Shown here: one piece after another, positions 45,764-56,000 of the stretch
Position numbering within the stretch: position 1 is the stretch's first letter
Layout of the letters: each line of letters starts with the position of its first letter
Assembly (NCBI GenBank): GCA_964607415.1
Contig: CAZSKK010000001.1
Coordinates: 405,974 to 469,973 of the forward strand
DNA from: an uncultured Candidatus Saccharibacteria bacterium
GTDB taxonomy: Bacteria; Patescibacteriota; Dojkabacteria; J137
Reading direction: 5' to 3'
Length of the DNA: 64,000 nucleotides
The notes under the pieces: model-generated
Told to the model about the DNA's origin: nothing
The model's input: only the letters and a program-made list of their open reading frames with translations
Databases searched by the model: none
Made by a program: the position numbers and the translations under genes

Positions 45764-46822
45764 CTATCTTATGTACCGCCTAATTGATATATAGCTACTC
45801 ACAGATCCTATTATAAACCCTATTGCTGCTAGTCCAAAAACCAGTCCTGCAAGCATTAAAGAATTAATTTCGGGCCAACTTAACTTGCTAAAGTTTTCAA
45901 AGGCAAATTTTGCAAGCACAGAATCTTCATTAATTACAAACGTAAAGGTTAGAATCCATCCTATTATTAGCGAAGAAATCAAAGAACCTATAAAGCCATA
46001 AAATCCACCTTCTAGAATGTATGGTGCTCGAATAAAGTATAAGCTACCCCCTACTAGCTGCATTACTCCTATTTCTTCCATTTGGTTAGAAAGCCTGAAC
46101 TCAACTGTTAAGAAAATAAAAAAGAAGATGACTATAAATAAAAGTCCAATAACAGCAAGTCCAACAAGTCTTATAGCAAAGAATACCACCCTAAGTTGAT
46201 CCAAGTTCTCATCATCAACTTTTAACTTAATTGGTGGGTCTCCTGGTTCCACCGAATATTTATACTTTTTTAAGTTACTAGTATTATCCAACGCTTGTCC
46301 TACACTAGAATCACTAGTTTGTGCTGTTTCAGATTGTGTAGACTCAGTCGTATCAAAAATCTCTAAGTTTCTATTGGCTTCATCTACGTCTTCCTGCAAA
46401 ACACTTGTTATCTTGTCCAGGTCTTCCAAACTCCAAATTTGAATATCAAGGCTGGAAGGTAGTTTTTTCTCAGAAGAGCTTTTTAAAATTGCATAAATTT
46501 CTGGTCTTACTTTTGAAGTAAAATCGCTATAATCTGAGTATGCCTGTTCTTCCGTTGTGTAAGAAATGTTTTTGATATATGGGCTTTGCTCCCATTTTAA
46601 CTTAAGATCATCAATTATTTGTCTGTCCATCCCAACCTCGAAAAATACTAACATATTACTTTTTTGTTCTATAAACCTTATATATAGGTCAGAAACGTAC
46701 GCAAGACCTCCAAAAATGCTTGCAACCAGGAAAGCTAACATCATTACACTAATAGCCCCCCATCCTGACCAACCGCTTCGGGAAATTTGTTTTTTTGTGT
46801 TTATTAAAATTCTACTTAACAT
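45764..46822 (-). CDS. ftsX: cell-division ABC permease FtsX-like
   Basis: N-terminal TM, periplasmic domain, C-terminal FtsX 3-TM module; downstream of ftsE. Confidence 0.7.
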   Translation of the reverse strand: MLSRILINTKKQISRSGWSGWGAISVMMLAFLVASIFGGLAYVSDLYIRFIEQKSNMLVFFEVGMDRQIIDDLKLKWEQSPYIKNISYTTEEQAYSDYSDFTSKVRPEIYAILKSSSEKKLPSSLDIQIWSLEDLDKITSVLQEDVDEANRNLEIFDTTESTQSETAQTSDSSVGQALDNTSNLKKYKYSVEPGDPPIKLKVDDENLDQLRVVFFAIRLVGLAVIGLLFIVIFFFIFLTVEFRLSNQMEEIGVMQLVGGSLYFIRAPYILEGGFYGFIGSLISSLIIGWILTFTFVINEDSVLAKFAFENFSKLSWPEINSLMLAGLVFGLAAIGFIIGSVSSYISIRRYIR

Positions 46823-46904
46823 AAATTTGAATATTGATTTTAGAATATAGTTTGTTATAAGCTAGTAACGTTCTAGCGTTTAAATGTTAGAACTTTTAAC
46901 AATT

Positions 46905-48305
46905 TTATTCTTCTACTACTTTATCAATTGCTTTAGCTAACTTTACCAAGTCTTTTTTATCCAAGTCAATTTTTTCTTCCAATGCCTCCGGTCCTTCCTC
47001 TATAATTTCTCCAACATTTTTAAATCCAGCTACCTTTAGTTCGTTAACAACTTTTTCAGATAAATCAAGTTCCTCAACTTTCATAGCCGAAAATTTTTTT
47101 AAAAACAGCTCTCCTTCACCATCTGTATTCTGGTTGCCTTCATTTATAGCCGAAATATCATCCTTACTCTCATTTTCTTCTTCTGATTTTGAATTCTCAT
47201 CTTTGGATTTCAAATCCGGATGCTCATCAAGCGTTATATGTAAAGGCTTTTTAGGAGGCTTAGGTTCATTTCCATCTTTAGAAAAAGGGTTAGAATCAGC
47301 ATTTATTTTTTCAGATTTACTTTTATTTCTTTTTTCTTCATTTGGAATTTCCTCATTTTCTTTTTCGTTGGACTTTTCTTCGGTAAATTTTTCTATGTTT
47401 TTTGGTTCAAAAGATTTTTCCTTCTTAGGCTTTCTAAACATACCCAAAAAACCTTTTGTATCCTTTGGTTCAACAACAATAGGAATTTCAGCTGCTTGCT
47501 CTTCATTCTTTTTTGAAGTAATACTAACTTTATATACGCTTTTTTTCTTTTTAGATTTCGCATCAACCTGTTCGGTAGGTTCAGATTCGTTTTCCAAAAT
47601 ATTTTTTTCGTATTTACTAGTTAATTCATACTGCCCTTTATTATCGTCCCTTACAACCTTTCCTCCTTCCATTTGTATAACTCTTTTATTTAATGAGTTA
47701 ACTATATCTGTACCATGTGTAGACATTATTATAGTAGTTCCCCAGTTATTAATTTTTGTAAGAATTTGAACAATATCCCAGGCACTTGCAGGATCTAAAT
47801 TACCGGTAGGTTCATCTGCTATTAATATCTTAGGACTATTTGCTATTGCTCTTGCTATTGCAACTCTTTGTTGCTCACCACCTGAGAGTTGCTTGGGGAA
47901 AGCATCCATCCTATTAGAAAGCCCAACAATATCAAGCATATAAGGAACTGTTTCGTTAATCTCTTTATCCCTTTTGCCTGCGGCCTCCATTGCAAAGGCC
48001 ACATTCTCAAACACGGTTCTTTCTGGAACCAGCTTATAATCCTGAAAAATTACTCCTACTTCTCTTCTTAGTCTATAAACATGTTTTCTATTAATTTTAG
48101 TTATATCTTGATCTTTAAAATAAATTTTTCCTATCGATGGTTTTTCGTCTCTAATTAACATTTTTATAACTGTAGTTTTTCCGGATCCTGAAGGTCCTAT
48201 TAGAAAAACGAATTCCCCTTCCTCGACCTGAAAAGAGACGTTATCTACCGCACGGATGTCTTTACCGTAAATTTTGCTTACATTGTTGAATTGTACCAAA
48301 GGCAT
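46905..48305 (-). CDS. ftsE: FtsE-like ABC ATPase with about 240-aa Lys/Glu-rich C-terminal extension ending in HhH-like motif
   Basis: Walker A GPSGSGKTT, signature LSGGEQQRVAIARA, Walker B ILIADEPTGNLD within first about 225 aa; C-terminus LDLSEKVVNELKVAGFKNVGEIIE resembles the RpoA-CTD helix-hairpin-helix. Confidence 0.8.
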   Translation of the reverse strand: MPLVQFNNVSKIYGKDIRAVDNVSFQVEEGEFVFLIGPSGSGKTTVIKMLIRDEKPSIGKIYFKDQDITKINRKHVYRLRREVGVIFQDYKLVPERTVFENVAFAMEAAGKRDKEINETVPYMLDIVGLSNRMDAFPKQLSGGEQQRVAIARAIANSPKILIADEPTGNLDPASAWDIVQILTKINNWGTTIIMSTHGTDIVNSLNKRVIQMEGGKVVRDDNKGQYELTSKYEKNILENESEPTEQVDAKSKKKKSVYKVSITSKKNEEQAAEIPIVVEPKDTKGFLGMFRKPKKEKSFEPKNIEKFTEEKSNEKENEEIPNEEKRNKSKSEKINADSNPFSKDGNEPKPPKKPLHITLDEHPDLKSKDENSKSEEENESKDDISAINEGNQNTDGEGELFLKKFSAMKVEELDLSEKVVNELKVAGFKNVGEIIEEGPEALEEKIDLDKKDLVKLAKAIDKVVEE

Positions 48306-48486
48306 AGATTGTAAAAAAATTATTCTTTAACAGTATACATAAAGCTGGACAAGCCCGCAAATTCGAATGACCAATTACTAATTTCGAAGGAAATACTAAA
48401 ACATAAGGCGCAATAATAAAATCAATTTTCAAACATCAAATAAAAAACTCATAAACTCGAACCTGTACACAGCGAAACTGAAGCTT

Positions 48487-49749
48487 CTAATAAATAAACT
48501 TCTCGTAGTCTTCTGAAGAATTTTCATCAATAAGAACATTAACAACAGGTTCTTTTCCAGGAGGGAAATCTGAATCTTTTCTAGCTTTTCTTTTACTTCT
48601 TCTCTTTTTTAAAAATGAAATTACTGTGAAAGCAACAACAATCAAAGCAATGCCTGCAAAAGTTGCAAAATATTCCCCTTCAATATCACTAAATGCGAAT
48701 GCAACTACGCCTAAAATCATCATTAACGATAATTCTATTAACATAACCATTTTAACAGGATAGCCTGAGGCTAAGAGTCTATGATGCAAGTGATTTTTAT
48801 CACTTATGCTTAAAAGCATCAGTGGATTTCTCCGAGCTTCTTTATTTTCTTTTAATCTTATTAAAACGACCAAGAGCGCGTCGAGTATGGGCAAACCAAG
48901 AATAATAATAGTCGCGGTCCATCTGGCGCTACCAAAAACTGCAAATACAGCCAACATGTATCCTATTAAATACGACCCCGTTGAAGCATAAAATACTTTT
49001 GCCGGATTATAATTAAAAGGTAAAACTCCAAGCACGCTGCCTGTATAAACTGCAATTATAGTTGCAAGTGCAATGTTGGGATTATCCCTATTTAATACAA
49101 TCATTAGCATAGCCAGGCCGGATACTATTCCTACCGATCCTAAAACGCCATCAGCTCCATCAACCCAATTCACAGCATTAATCAAACCAACAATCCACAG
49201 AATAGTAATTATATCCGCAGGGAAAATAAAGTTATAAGAAAATCTACTCACTTGAAAAACCAGATCCGAGTACCAGTTTAAATCCAGATTCACAAAACCT
49301 AAATCTATATTAAGAATTGTATTTCCGGATATAATTAAAGATGAAGCAACTACTACCTGACCTAAAAGTAATACTCTACCGTTTACATTAAATATATCAT
49401 CCAAAGCCCCAACAGCTGTTATCAAAATCATTCCTAAAATAATACCCCTAGGTAAAATCGATCCTGAATCAGTAGCATAAAGGCTGATTAAAATTGCTAC
49501 TAGCATTGCAATTCCTGGAAGTTTTGGAATTATTTTATCGTGAATCCTTCTTCCTGCAGTTTTATCTGCTTTTTTTCTTAGTTTTGCAGGTAAATCAACA
49601 GCATTAACTTTAAAAGCAATTCTAGAGGTAATAGGAACAAGTAGTACTGTAATTACAAAAGCTAATAAAAAAGCCAGACTAACCTTGGAGAGATTTTCAA
49701 TTAAAACTGGGTTTGTAAATTTTGTGTAAATCGTATCAAGAATCTCCAT
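48487..49749 (-). CDS. polyprenyl-phosphate N-acetylhexosamine/MurNAc-pentapeptide 1-phosphate transferase (MraY/WecA family)
   Basis: multi-TM, LDDIFNVNGRV and NAVNWVDGADGVLG motifs of the MraY/WecA family; Lys/Arg-rich C-terminal tail. Confidence 0.7.
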   Translation of the reverse strand: MEILDTIYTKFTNPVLIENLSKVSLAFLLAFVITVLLVPITSRIAFKVNAVDLPAKLRKKADKTAGRRIHDKIIPKLPGIAMLVAILISLYATDSGSILPRGIILGMILITAVGALDDIFNVNGRVLLLGQVVVASSLIISGNTILNIDLGFVNLDLNWYSDLVFQVSRFSYNFIFPADIITILWIVGLINAVNWVDGADGVLGSVGIVSGLAMLMIVLNRDNPNIALATIIAVYTGSVLGVLPFNYNPAKVFYASTGSYLIGYMLAVFAVFGSARWTATIIILGLPILDALLVVLIRLKENKEARRNPLMLLSISDKNHLHHRLLASGYPVKMVMLIELSLMMILGVVAFAFSDIEGEYFATFAGIALIVVAFTVISFLKKRRSKRKARKDSDFPPGKEPVVNVLIDENSSEDYEKFIY

Positions 49750-50294
49750 TACTCAACTACCAAATTAAAGATTTGTAAAATAGCAACAAAAAGCATTAAG
49801 TTTAAATAAGTATGAATCCAAATCATGGTCAGGGCAAGTCTTCTATCTTTTCTAAAAATAATAGAGCTAAACTGAATAATAATAAAGGAAGCTATCGCCA
49901 AAGTTATTGGAAATATAAAAATCAGAGATTTATCTACCTGATTCCAATTTTTATTTACAGAATTATAGAATACAGGAACAGTTGGTGGGACATCGTTAAA
50001 TCTAAATATTGCGACGTATAAAAAGAACAAAAAGTTAATAACAGAACTAACAATTGCAAATGGGAATGCAGGAGTTTTCCAAATTTGAGAAACTTCAATT
50101 AAATCATTTCTCTTTCTAAAAATAGTTCTTAAGCCGTTAAAAAACTGTTTTAATTTTGTAGTTTTGTTATCTAGATCTAAAGATATCTGATCTTTGCTTA
50201 TTTCTATTGGTTGCTCCTCTACAGCATCTTCAACAGTTAGCTCTGCTTTATAATCTTCTGGATCTGGATTTTGCAAAGGTCGATTTAGTTTCAT
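49749..50294 (-). CDS. membrane protein, unknown
   Basis: acidic N-terminus plus 4 TM. Confidence 0.35.
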   Translation of the reverse strand: MKLNRPLQNPDPEDYKAELTVEDAVEEQPIEISKDQISLDLDNKTTKLKQFFNGLRTIFRKRNDLIEVSQIWKTPAFPFAIVSSVINFLFFLYVAIFRFNDVPPTVPVFYNSVNKNWNQVDKSLIFIFPITLAIASFIIIQFSSIIFRKDRRLALTMIWIHTYLNLMLFVAILQIFNLVVE

Positions 50295-50347
50295 AATTAT
50301 TTTAGTTATCAGTTCTTAGTACAAATTGCTCGAAAAATTAAGACTTT

Positions 50348-50377
50348 AGCTATATGCTATACGCTATGAGCTAATAG
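50348..50377. repeat. tandem heptamer array GCTATNN x4 (gctatat gctatac gctatga gctaata)
   Basis: read directly. Confidence 0.6.
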
Positions 50378-50472
50378 CTTGCCTCTATTTTAACTTAAAT
50401 CAACACTTTTTGTGATATAATTTTTTTTGTATTGATTTGTAGGTTATTCTTTTTGTATAATTAACTATTGAT

Positions 50473-50502
50473 TATGGGTCCACTTAAGACCCATTTTTCT
50501 TT
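50473..50502 (+). terminator. rho-independent terminator-like hairpin about 140 nt upstream of nusA
   Basis: atgggtc-cacttaa-gacccat followed by ttttcttttg; no plus-strand CDS precedes it. Confidence 0.5.
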
Positions 50503-50637
50503 TGTAAACATTAATGACGAATCAATAATAACGAGTTAACGTACAAAACAAAATTTTCAATTGTGATTTTGATTATTGAGATTTAATTCGTTATTTAGAA
50601 CTTTTTACTTTAAACATTTAACTTTTAACTTACTAAT

Positions 50638-51894
50638 ATGGGTGATCAACCAGATATAATGTCAGCAATTAGACAAATTGCTGCGGAAAGAAAGATTGAT
50701 ATAGAAGAGATTCTAAATGCAATCAAGCAAGCCGTTAAAGCCGGTTTTAAAAGAGAATATGGAATGGAAAATATGGATCTTTTAGAAGTAGATTTCGATC
50801 CACAGAAGGGCCATATTGCAGTTTTTGCTAAGAAAAAAGTTGTTAAGAAAGTGCAAGATGACTCTTCTGAAATCAGCCTTAAAGATGCACAAGCAATCAA
50901 TAAAAAATATCAAGAAGGGGATGAGGTTTTAGTTGATATTACTCCGTCTGGAGACTTTGGAAGAATTGCTGCTCAAACATCAAGACAAATCATTCTTCAA
51001 AAGCTAAGGGAAGCAGAAAAAGATGCAGCTATAAGAGAAATTAATGAAAAAATGGGAACAATTGAAACAATCACTATCCATAGATTTACTCAAGATGGAG
51101 AAGTACTTGCAGAGCTTAATAAAGCGAGAGCTGTTATGCCTAAAAAGGAGCAGATAGGTGCTGAATATTATAGAGTTGGCTCAAGAATAAAAGTCTTACT
51201 TAAAGCAATAGAAGAAGATACAAGAGGAAAATATATTTTGATCTCTAGATCAGATCCTGACTTTTTAAGAGAACTATTTAGGATGGAAGTTCCAGAAATT
51301 GACTCTGGGACGGTCGAAATAGTAAGTATTGCAAGAGAAGAAGGTTCTAGATCTAAAGTTGCAGTTAAATCTAACTCTAGTGGAGTTGATCCATTGGGTG
51401 CTTGCATAGGACAAAAAGGAGTGAGAATTAATGCAATTAGCAATGAATTGAGAATAGGTTCCATTGAAGAAAAACTAGATATTATTCTTTGGGATGAAGA
51501 CATTAAAACTTATCTAATGAATGCGATTAGACCTGCAGAAGCTATTGACGTAGAAATTGTTGATGAGAAGGAGAGACATGCAATCATAATTGTTCCAGAC
51601 GAACAATTATCTTTAGCTATTGGAAAAGATGGTCAAAATGTAAGACTTTCTCATAAATTAACCGGTTGGAAACTGGATATAGAGAGTGAGACAGAACATA
51701 AAGAAAAAGTTAAAGCAAATAAAGTTGTAAAAAAAGAGGTAAAGCCGAAAAAAGTAAAAAAAGAAAAAGCAGTTAAAGAAAAGGCTGTGAAAAAAGCGAT
51801 TAAAAAAACTGATACAAAGAAAACCTCAGCAAAAAAAACAACCAAAGCTACCTCTCCTAAAAAGAAGGCAGCTGCTAAGAAAGCAAAAAAGTAA
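50638..51894 (+). CDS. nusA: transcription termination/antitermination factor NusA with Lys-rich C-terminal tail
   Basis: NusA N-terminal domain, S1 and KH domains (IAAERKIDIEEILNAIKQAVKAGFKREYG...); C-terminal 60 aa KKEVKPKKVKKEKAVKEKAVKK... Confidence 0.9.
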   Translation: MGDQPDIMSAIRQIAAERKIDIEEILNAIKQAVKAGFKREYGMENMDLLEVDFDPQKGHIAVFAKKKVVKKVQDDSSEISLKDAQAINKKYQEGDEVLVDITPSGDFGRIAAQTSRQIILQKLREAEKDAAIREINEKMGTIETITIHRFTQDGEVLAELNKARAVMPKKEQIGAEYYRVGSRIKVLLKAIEEDTRGKYILISRSDPDFLRELFRMEVPEIDSGTVEIVSIAREEGSRSKVAVKSNSSGVDPLGACIGQKGVRINAISNELRIGSIEEKLDIILWDEDIKTYLMNAIRPAEAIDVEIVDEKERHAIIIVPDEQLSLAIGKDGQNVRLSHKLTGWKLDIESETEHKEKVKANKVVKKEVKPKKVKKEKAVKEKAVKKAIKKTDTKKTSAKKTTKATSPKKKAAAKKAKK

Positions 51895-52016
51895 TTTAAA
51901 TCCTAAAAGTCTTTGCGAGACCCGACATTGTCGGGGCGAAGCAAACTCTGTAATAGAGACTGCTTCGTCTAACTTCGTTAGTCTCGCAGTGACTTGTTAA
52001 AGTATTCTTCATAAAC

Positions 52017-52277
52017 ATGGACCAACCGCTAAGAACCTGCATCGTTACAAAACAAAAATTTCCGAAAAATGAATTGCTCCGCTTAGTTCATGAAAATAAC
52101 GAAGTTGCAATCGATTTAAAACAAAATAAACCAGGACGAGGTTGTTACATTCTTCCAAAGCTTGAAGTTTTGGAAGAAGCTTATAAAAAAAATAGAATTG
52201 GTTGGAGTTTAAAGATTAAAAAGATTAGTGAAGAGAATTTTAAGAGCTTAAAATCATACTTCGAAGATCATCAATAA
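52017..52277 (+). CDS. YlxR-family (DUF448) RNA-binding protein
   Basis: RTCIVTKQKFPKNELLRLV...GRGCYI; canonical position downstream of nusA. Confidence 0.75.
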   Translation: MDQPLRTCIVTKQKFPKNELLRLVHENNEVAIDLKQNKPGRGCYILPKLEVLEEAYKKNRIGWSLKIKKISEENFKSLKSYFEDHQ

Positions 52278-52358
52278 TATTCTACTAAAATCAATTTTAG
52301 TATTTCTGCACATTTTTTAAGTTATACTTTATCCAGATATTTTTTAAACAAACCTTAT

Positions 52359-53054
52359 ATGGATAATTTACACTACGTTCAAATGACAATTCTTAAACAG
52401 TTATTATTTAAACAAAAAGTTTCTTTTGGTGAACTTATAATACCAGGCGTTGATAGTGAGACTCTTTCTTATCATTTAAGATCGTTAATTAAACATTCAT
52501 ATATAGAAAAAGATAATAACGGTTTATACTCCCTAACGCTTGAAGGTAAGAAATACGCAGCCGAAATTGATGTTGAAACATCTTTAATTTCATCCCGTGC
52601 AAAGCTTAGTATATTAGTTACTGCAATTGATGAATCCGAAGGCGACCCTAAATACTTACTAATAAAAAGATTAAAAGAGCCGCTGTTTGGACAAGCATGT
52701 TTTATTGCTGGAAAAGTTAAATATGGTGAACCATCAGCTTCAACTGCTAAACGTGAGCTTTTTGAAGAAAGTGGATTAACTGCAAACGAAGTTGAATTTG
52801 TATGCTTTCATAGACAGTTTGTTTACAATCAGGATAATGAATTTTTGAAGGACAATTCTTTTTGTATGTTTGTGGTAAAGAATTTTTCTGGCGAAATTAA
52901 AAGTACTGAAGAAGCGGAGCCTTTTTGGGTAAATAAAGATGAATTTTACAAGCTTACGAACAAAGCATACGACCTTGAAGATTTATTTGAAATTATGACC
53001 AATCCTCCTAAAGAGAAATTTATAGAGAAAGACTTTATCGCCAAAGTTTTTTAA
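52359..53054 (+). CDS. winged-helix (N-terminal) + NUDIX hydrolase (C-terminal) fusion protein
   Basis: N-terminal HTH-like VQMTILKQLLFKQKVSFGELI...LSYHLRSLIKHSYIEK; canonical Nudix box GKVKYGEPSASTAKRELFEESGL. Confidence 0.6.
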   Translation: MDNLHYVQMTILKQLLFKQKVSFGELIIPGVDSETLSYHLRSLIKHSYIEKDNNGLYSLTLEGKKYAAEIDVETSLISSRAKLSILVTAIDESEGDPKYLLIKRLKEPLFGQACFIAGKVKYGEPSASTAKRELFEESGLTANEVEFVCFHRQFVYNQDNEFLKDNSFCMFVVKNFSGEIKSTEEAEPFWVNKDEFYKLTNKAYDLEDLFEIMTNPPKEKFIEKDFIAKVF

Positions 53055-53077
53055 GCTATAGAGTATAGAATTCCTGG

Positions 53078-56000
53078 CTACCTGTTTTGGTCTCTGCTAC
53101 CTAAAGACTTTAGTGCAAAAATTATTGCAATTAAAATCAAAAGCAGTAGTGATGGAATCTTTAGCCAGGATAACTTGAGCTTAAATCCACTATCTTCACT
53201 ATTTGACTGTCCACTTGTATCAACAGGATTTTGTAATTGTTCACCTGTAGTAGCTTTGTTTGGCTGATTTTCACTATCTGAACCGGTTGATACTGTTGCA
53301 TTTACTTCTTTATTTTCCAAAGCTTCAGAACTCAATAGTTCATTTTGCAAGTTAACTCCAGCACTACCTACATTATTTGAATTTTGAGACGATTGATTTG
53401 TTGATGGTGGTTGAGCTGGATCATCATTATCCAAATTAACCAGATTGATATTTACAAGATCAATATTATTGTAATTTGCATCAGTACTGACTGTTGGTTC
53501 AAGGTTAACTGTGAAATTAATATCTCCATCATCTGTTAAATCATCCTGGCCTGTAACTATTACACTTTGAGGTGTATTCCAATTCAAATTTGTAAAAGTG
53601 ATATTGGAAGTTGAAACTATAGCCTCAGTCGTATCGGAAGATGAAATTGGAATTGATACATTAAATTGTGGTTCGGAATTTAAAACAATACTGAAACTTG
53701 TGCTGGTACCTGCTTCATTTGTATTTCCAGTTGGGGGTGTAACTGTTATTCCAAAGGTGTCATCATCTGTATTTGAAAGGGTTAAATCATTTGGATTTAC
53801 ATTGTTATAATTTGTATCTGAACTTGTTGTTAGCCCAATTACAATGCTATATGGGATATCTCCATCATCAATATAATCATTTTGCCCAGTTATAGTTACC
53901 GTCTGAGCTGTATCCCAATTTGAATCTGTAAATATCAGATTTGCTGATGATACGGTTCCTTCATGTGCATTTGAAGAAGAAATAGGGATTGTTACATCGC
54001 TAGTTGGCTGTGAATCCAGGATCACTGTAAATGTTGCCTGCGCTCCTAATTCTGAAGTATTTCCACTTACTGATGAGACCGTTATGCCTGGGGTATCATT
54101 ATCTAAATTTGTAAGAAGTGGATCTGCTACATCTGCTGCGGTTAGCGAATCGTAGTTAGGATCTGTTGAAAAAGGATCACCAGTTACCAGGTTATAATCA
54201 ATATCTCCATCAAAAAGCACGTCATCTACCCCCCAAACATTAAGGTCATTAACAATTGCGTTATTCCAATCAGCCGGGACAATTGTAAGCTCTGTACTTG
54301 CAACTAGTGTTCCTTCTGTCGGGTCTGAAACTGAAATTGGAATTGTTACATCACCTGATGGATACGAAAGAAGTGTAAATCTAAACAAAGCGCTATCACC
54401 TGTTTCAGATGTTATTGATGGTCCAATGGGAGTTATTATAATTCCAAAACCATCTGTATTTTGATTGCTAAATGTTGCGTCACTAATGTCAGAAGCGTTT
54501 AAATCATTATATATAGGGTCAGATGAAGTGGGATCACCAGTAATAATATGATAAATGACTGCTCCATCCACTGTAGGTACTGGATCAGGTGCACCGGTTA
54601 CAGTTATTGTTTGTGCAATATTCCAATTAAGATTTGTAAATACAACCTCTGTGATTGCAATTGTACCTTCATTTGTATTATCACTTGATAAAGGGATTGT
54701 AACATCTGATAGCGGCTCCGACGTTAGTACAATAGTAAAATTTCCTGTTGAACCGGATTCTGAAGTAATAGAATCTTGAACAGCCACCAATGCACCTGCG
54801 GTATCGTTGTCAAGATTATCAAGCGTTAAGTCGTCAGGATTAATATTGTTATATGTTCCATCACTACTGATTGAATTTCCAAGTATTATAGTATAAGTAA
54901 TTGCTCCGTCATCGATAAAATCATCCTGGCCAGTAACTGTAACTGTTTGAGTAAAATTCCAGTTCAAATTTGTGAATGTTAAAAGTGTCGTAGAAACTGT
55001 TCCCTCAATTGTATCTGATGATGATACGGGAATAGTGACATCATTTGTTGGTTGAGATAATAAAACTACTGTAAATGTTGCTTGTGCCCCAAGCTCGTTG
55101 GTATTACCTGAAATTGCTGAAACGTTTATTCCCACTAAATCATTATCTGTAAGATTTACATTAATAGTTTGATTTGTAAGTGGATCAAATCCATCATCAG
55201 ATAACGCATCGTTAATACTGGCTGTAATTGTAACATTCTCGACAACAGCATCGGCATCTTCAGGTGCACTAACATTTACATTTTGAGAAATATTCCAGTT
55301 TAAATTTGTAAATGTTAGCTGAGCTTGATCAATTGTTACTGCGGTTGTATCTGATGAGGACAGATCAATAATGACATCTGTCGCAGGTTGTGAAGTTAAT
55401 ACAACACTAAAGCTATCTGTTAGTCCACCCTCAACAACAGTTGTATTTCCAGCTGTTTGGTTTACACTAAATCCAGGTGGAGGATCTGCAAGGTAAAGAA
55501 ATACTCTACCCTCAGCTGACTGAACATTTGTAAAGCCAGGTGCGCCAACAATTACATCAGAATAGCTATCCCCATTAATATCTCCAGTTGCAACTGAAGT
55601 TCCAAAAAATGAGTTAGCTACATTTGCTTCAGTTGTCCAGTCAGAGTTAGCGGGTGTTCCATTTGAGCCGAGACCAATATCTGCACCATACCAAAGAAAT
55701 GCTGCCCCTTCATTACTTTGCCCATTATCGTAACCACTTGCTCCAACAATCACTTCATCAAAACCATCTCCATTAGTGTCCCCTGCATAGGAAACAGATG
55801 CGCCTAAATTAGCATTTGATTGCACTGCGAAAGCTTGCCAGTCAGCATTTGCAGGCGTTCCACTAGTTCCCAATCCACTACCAGATCCGTACCAAACAAA
55901 AGCAGCTCCTTCACCTGTTAAGCTTGAAGTATACACATGTGCCCCAATAATTATGTCGTCAAAAGTATCTCCGTTCACATCTCCTGCCCTGGATACAGAA

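Noticed and set aside
47134-47769. 211-aa plus-strand ORF antisense to ftsE extension
   Set aside because: Low-complexity antisense artefact of the Lys/Glu-rich coding region
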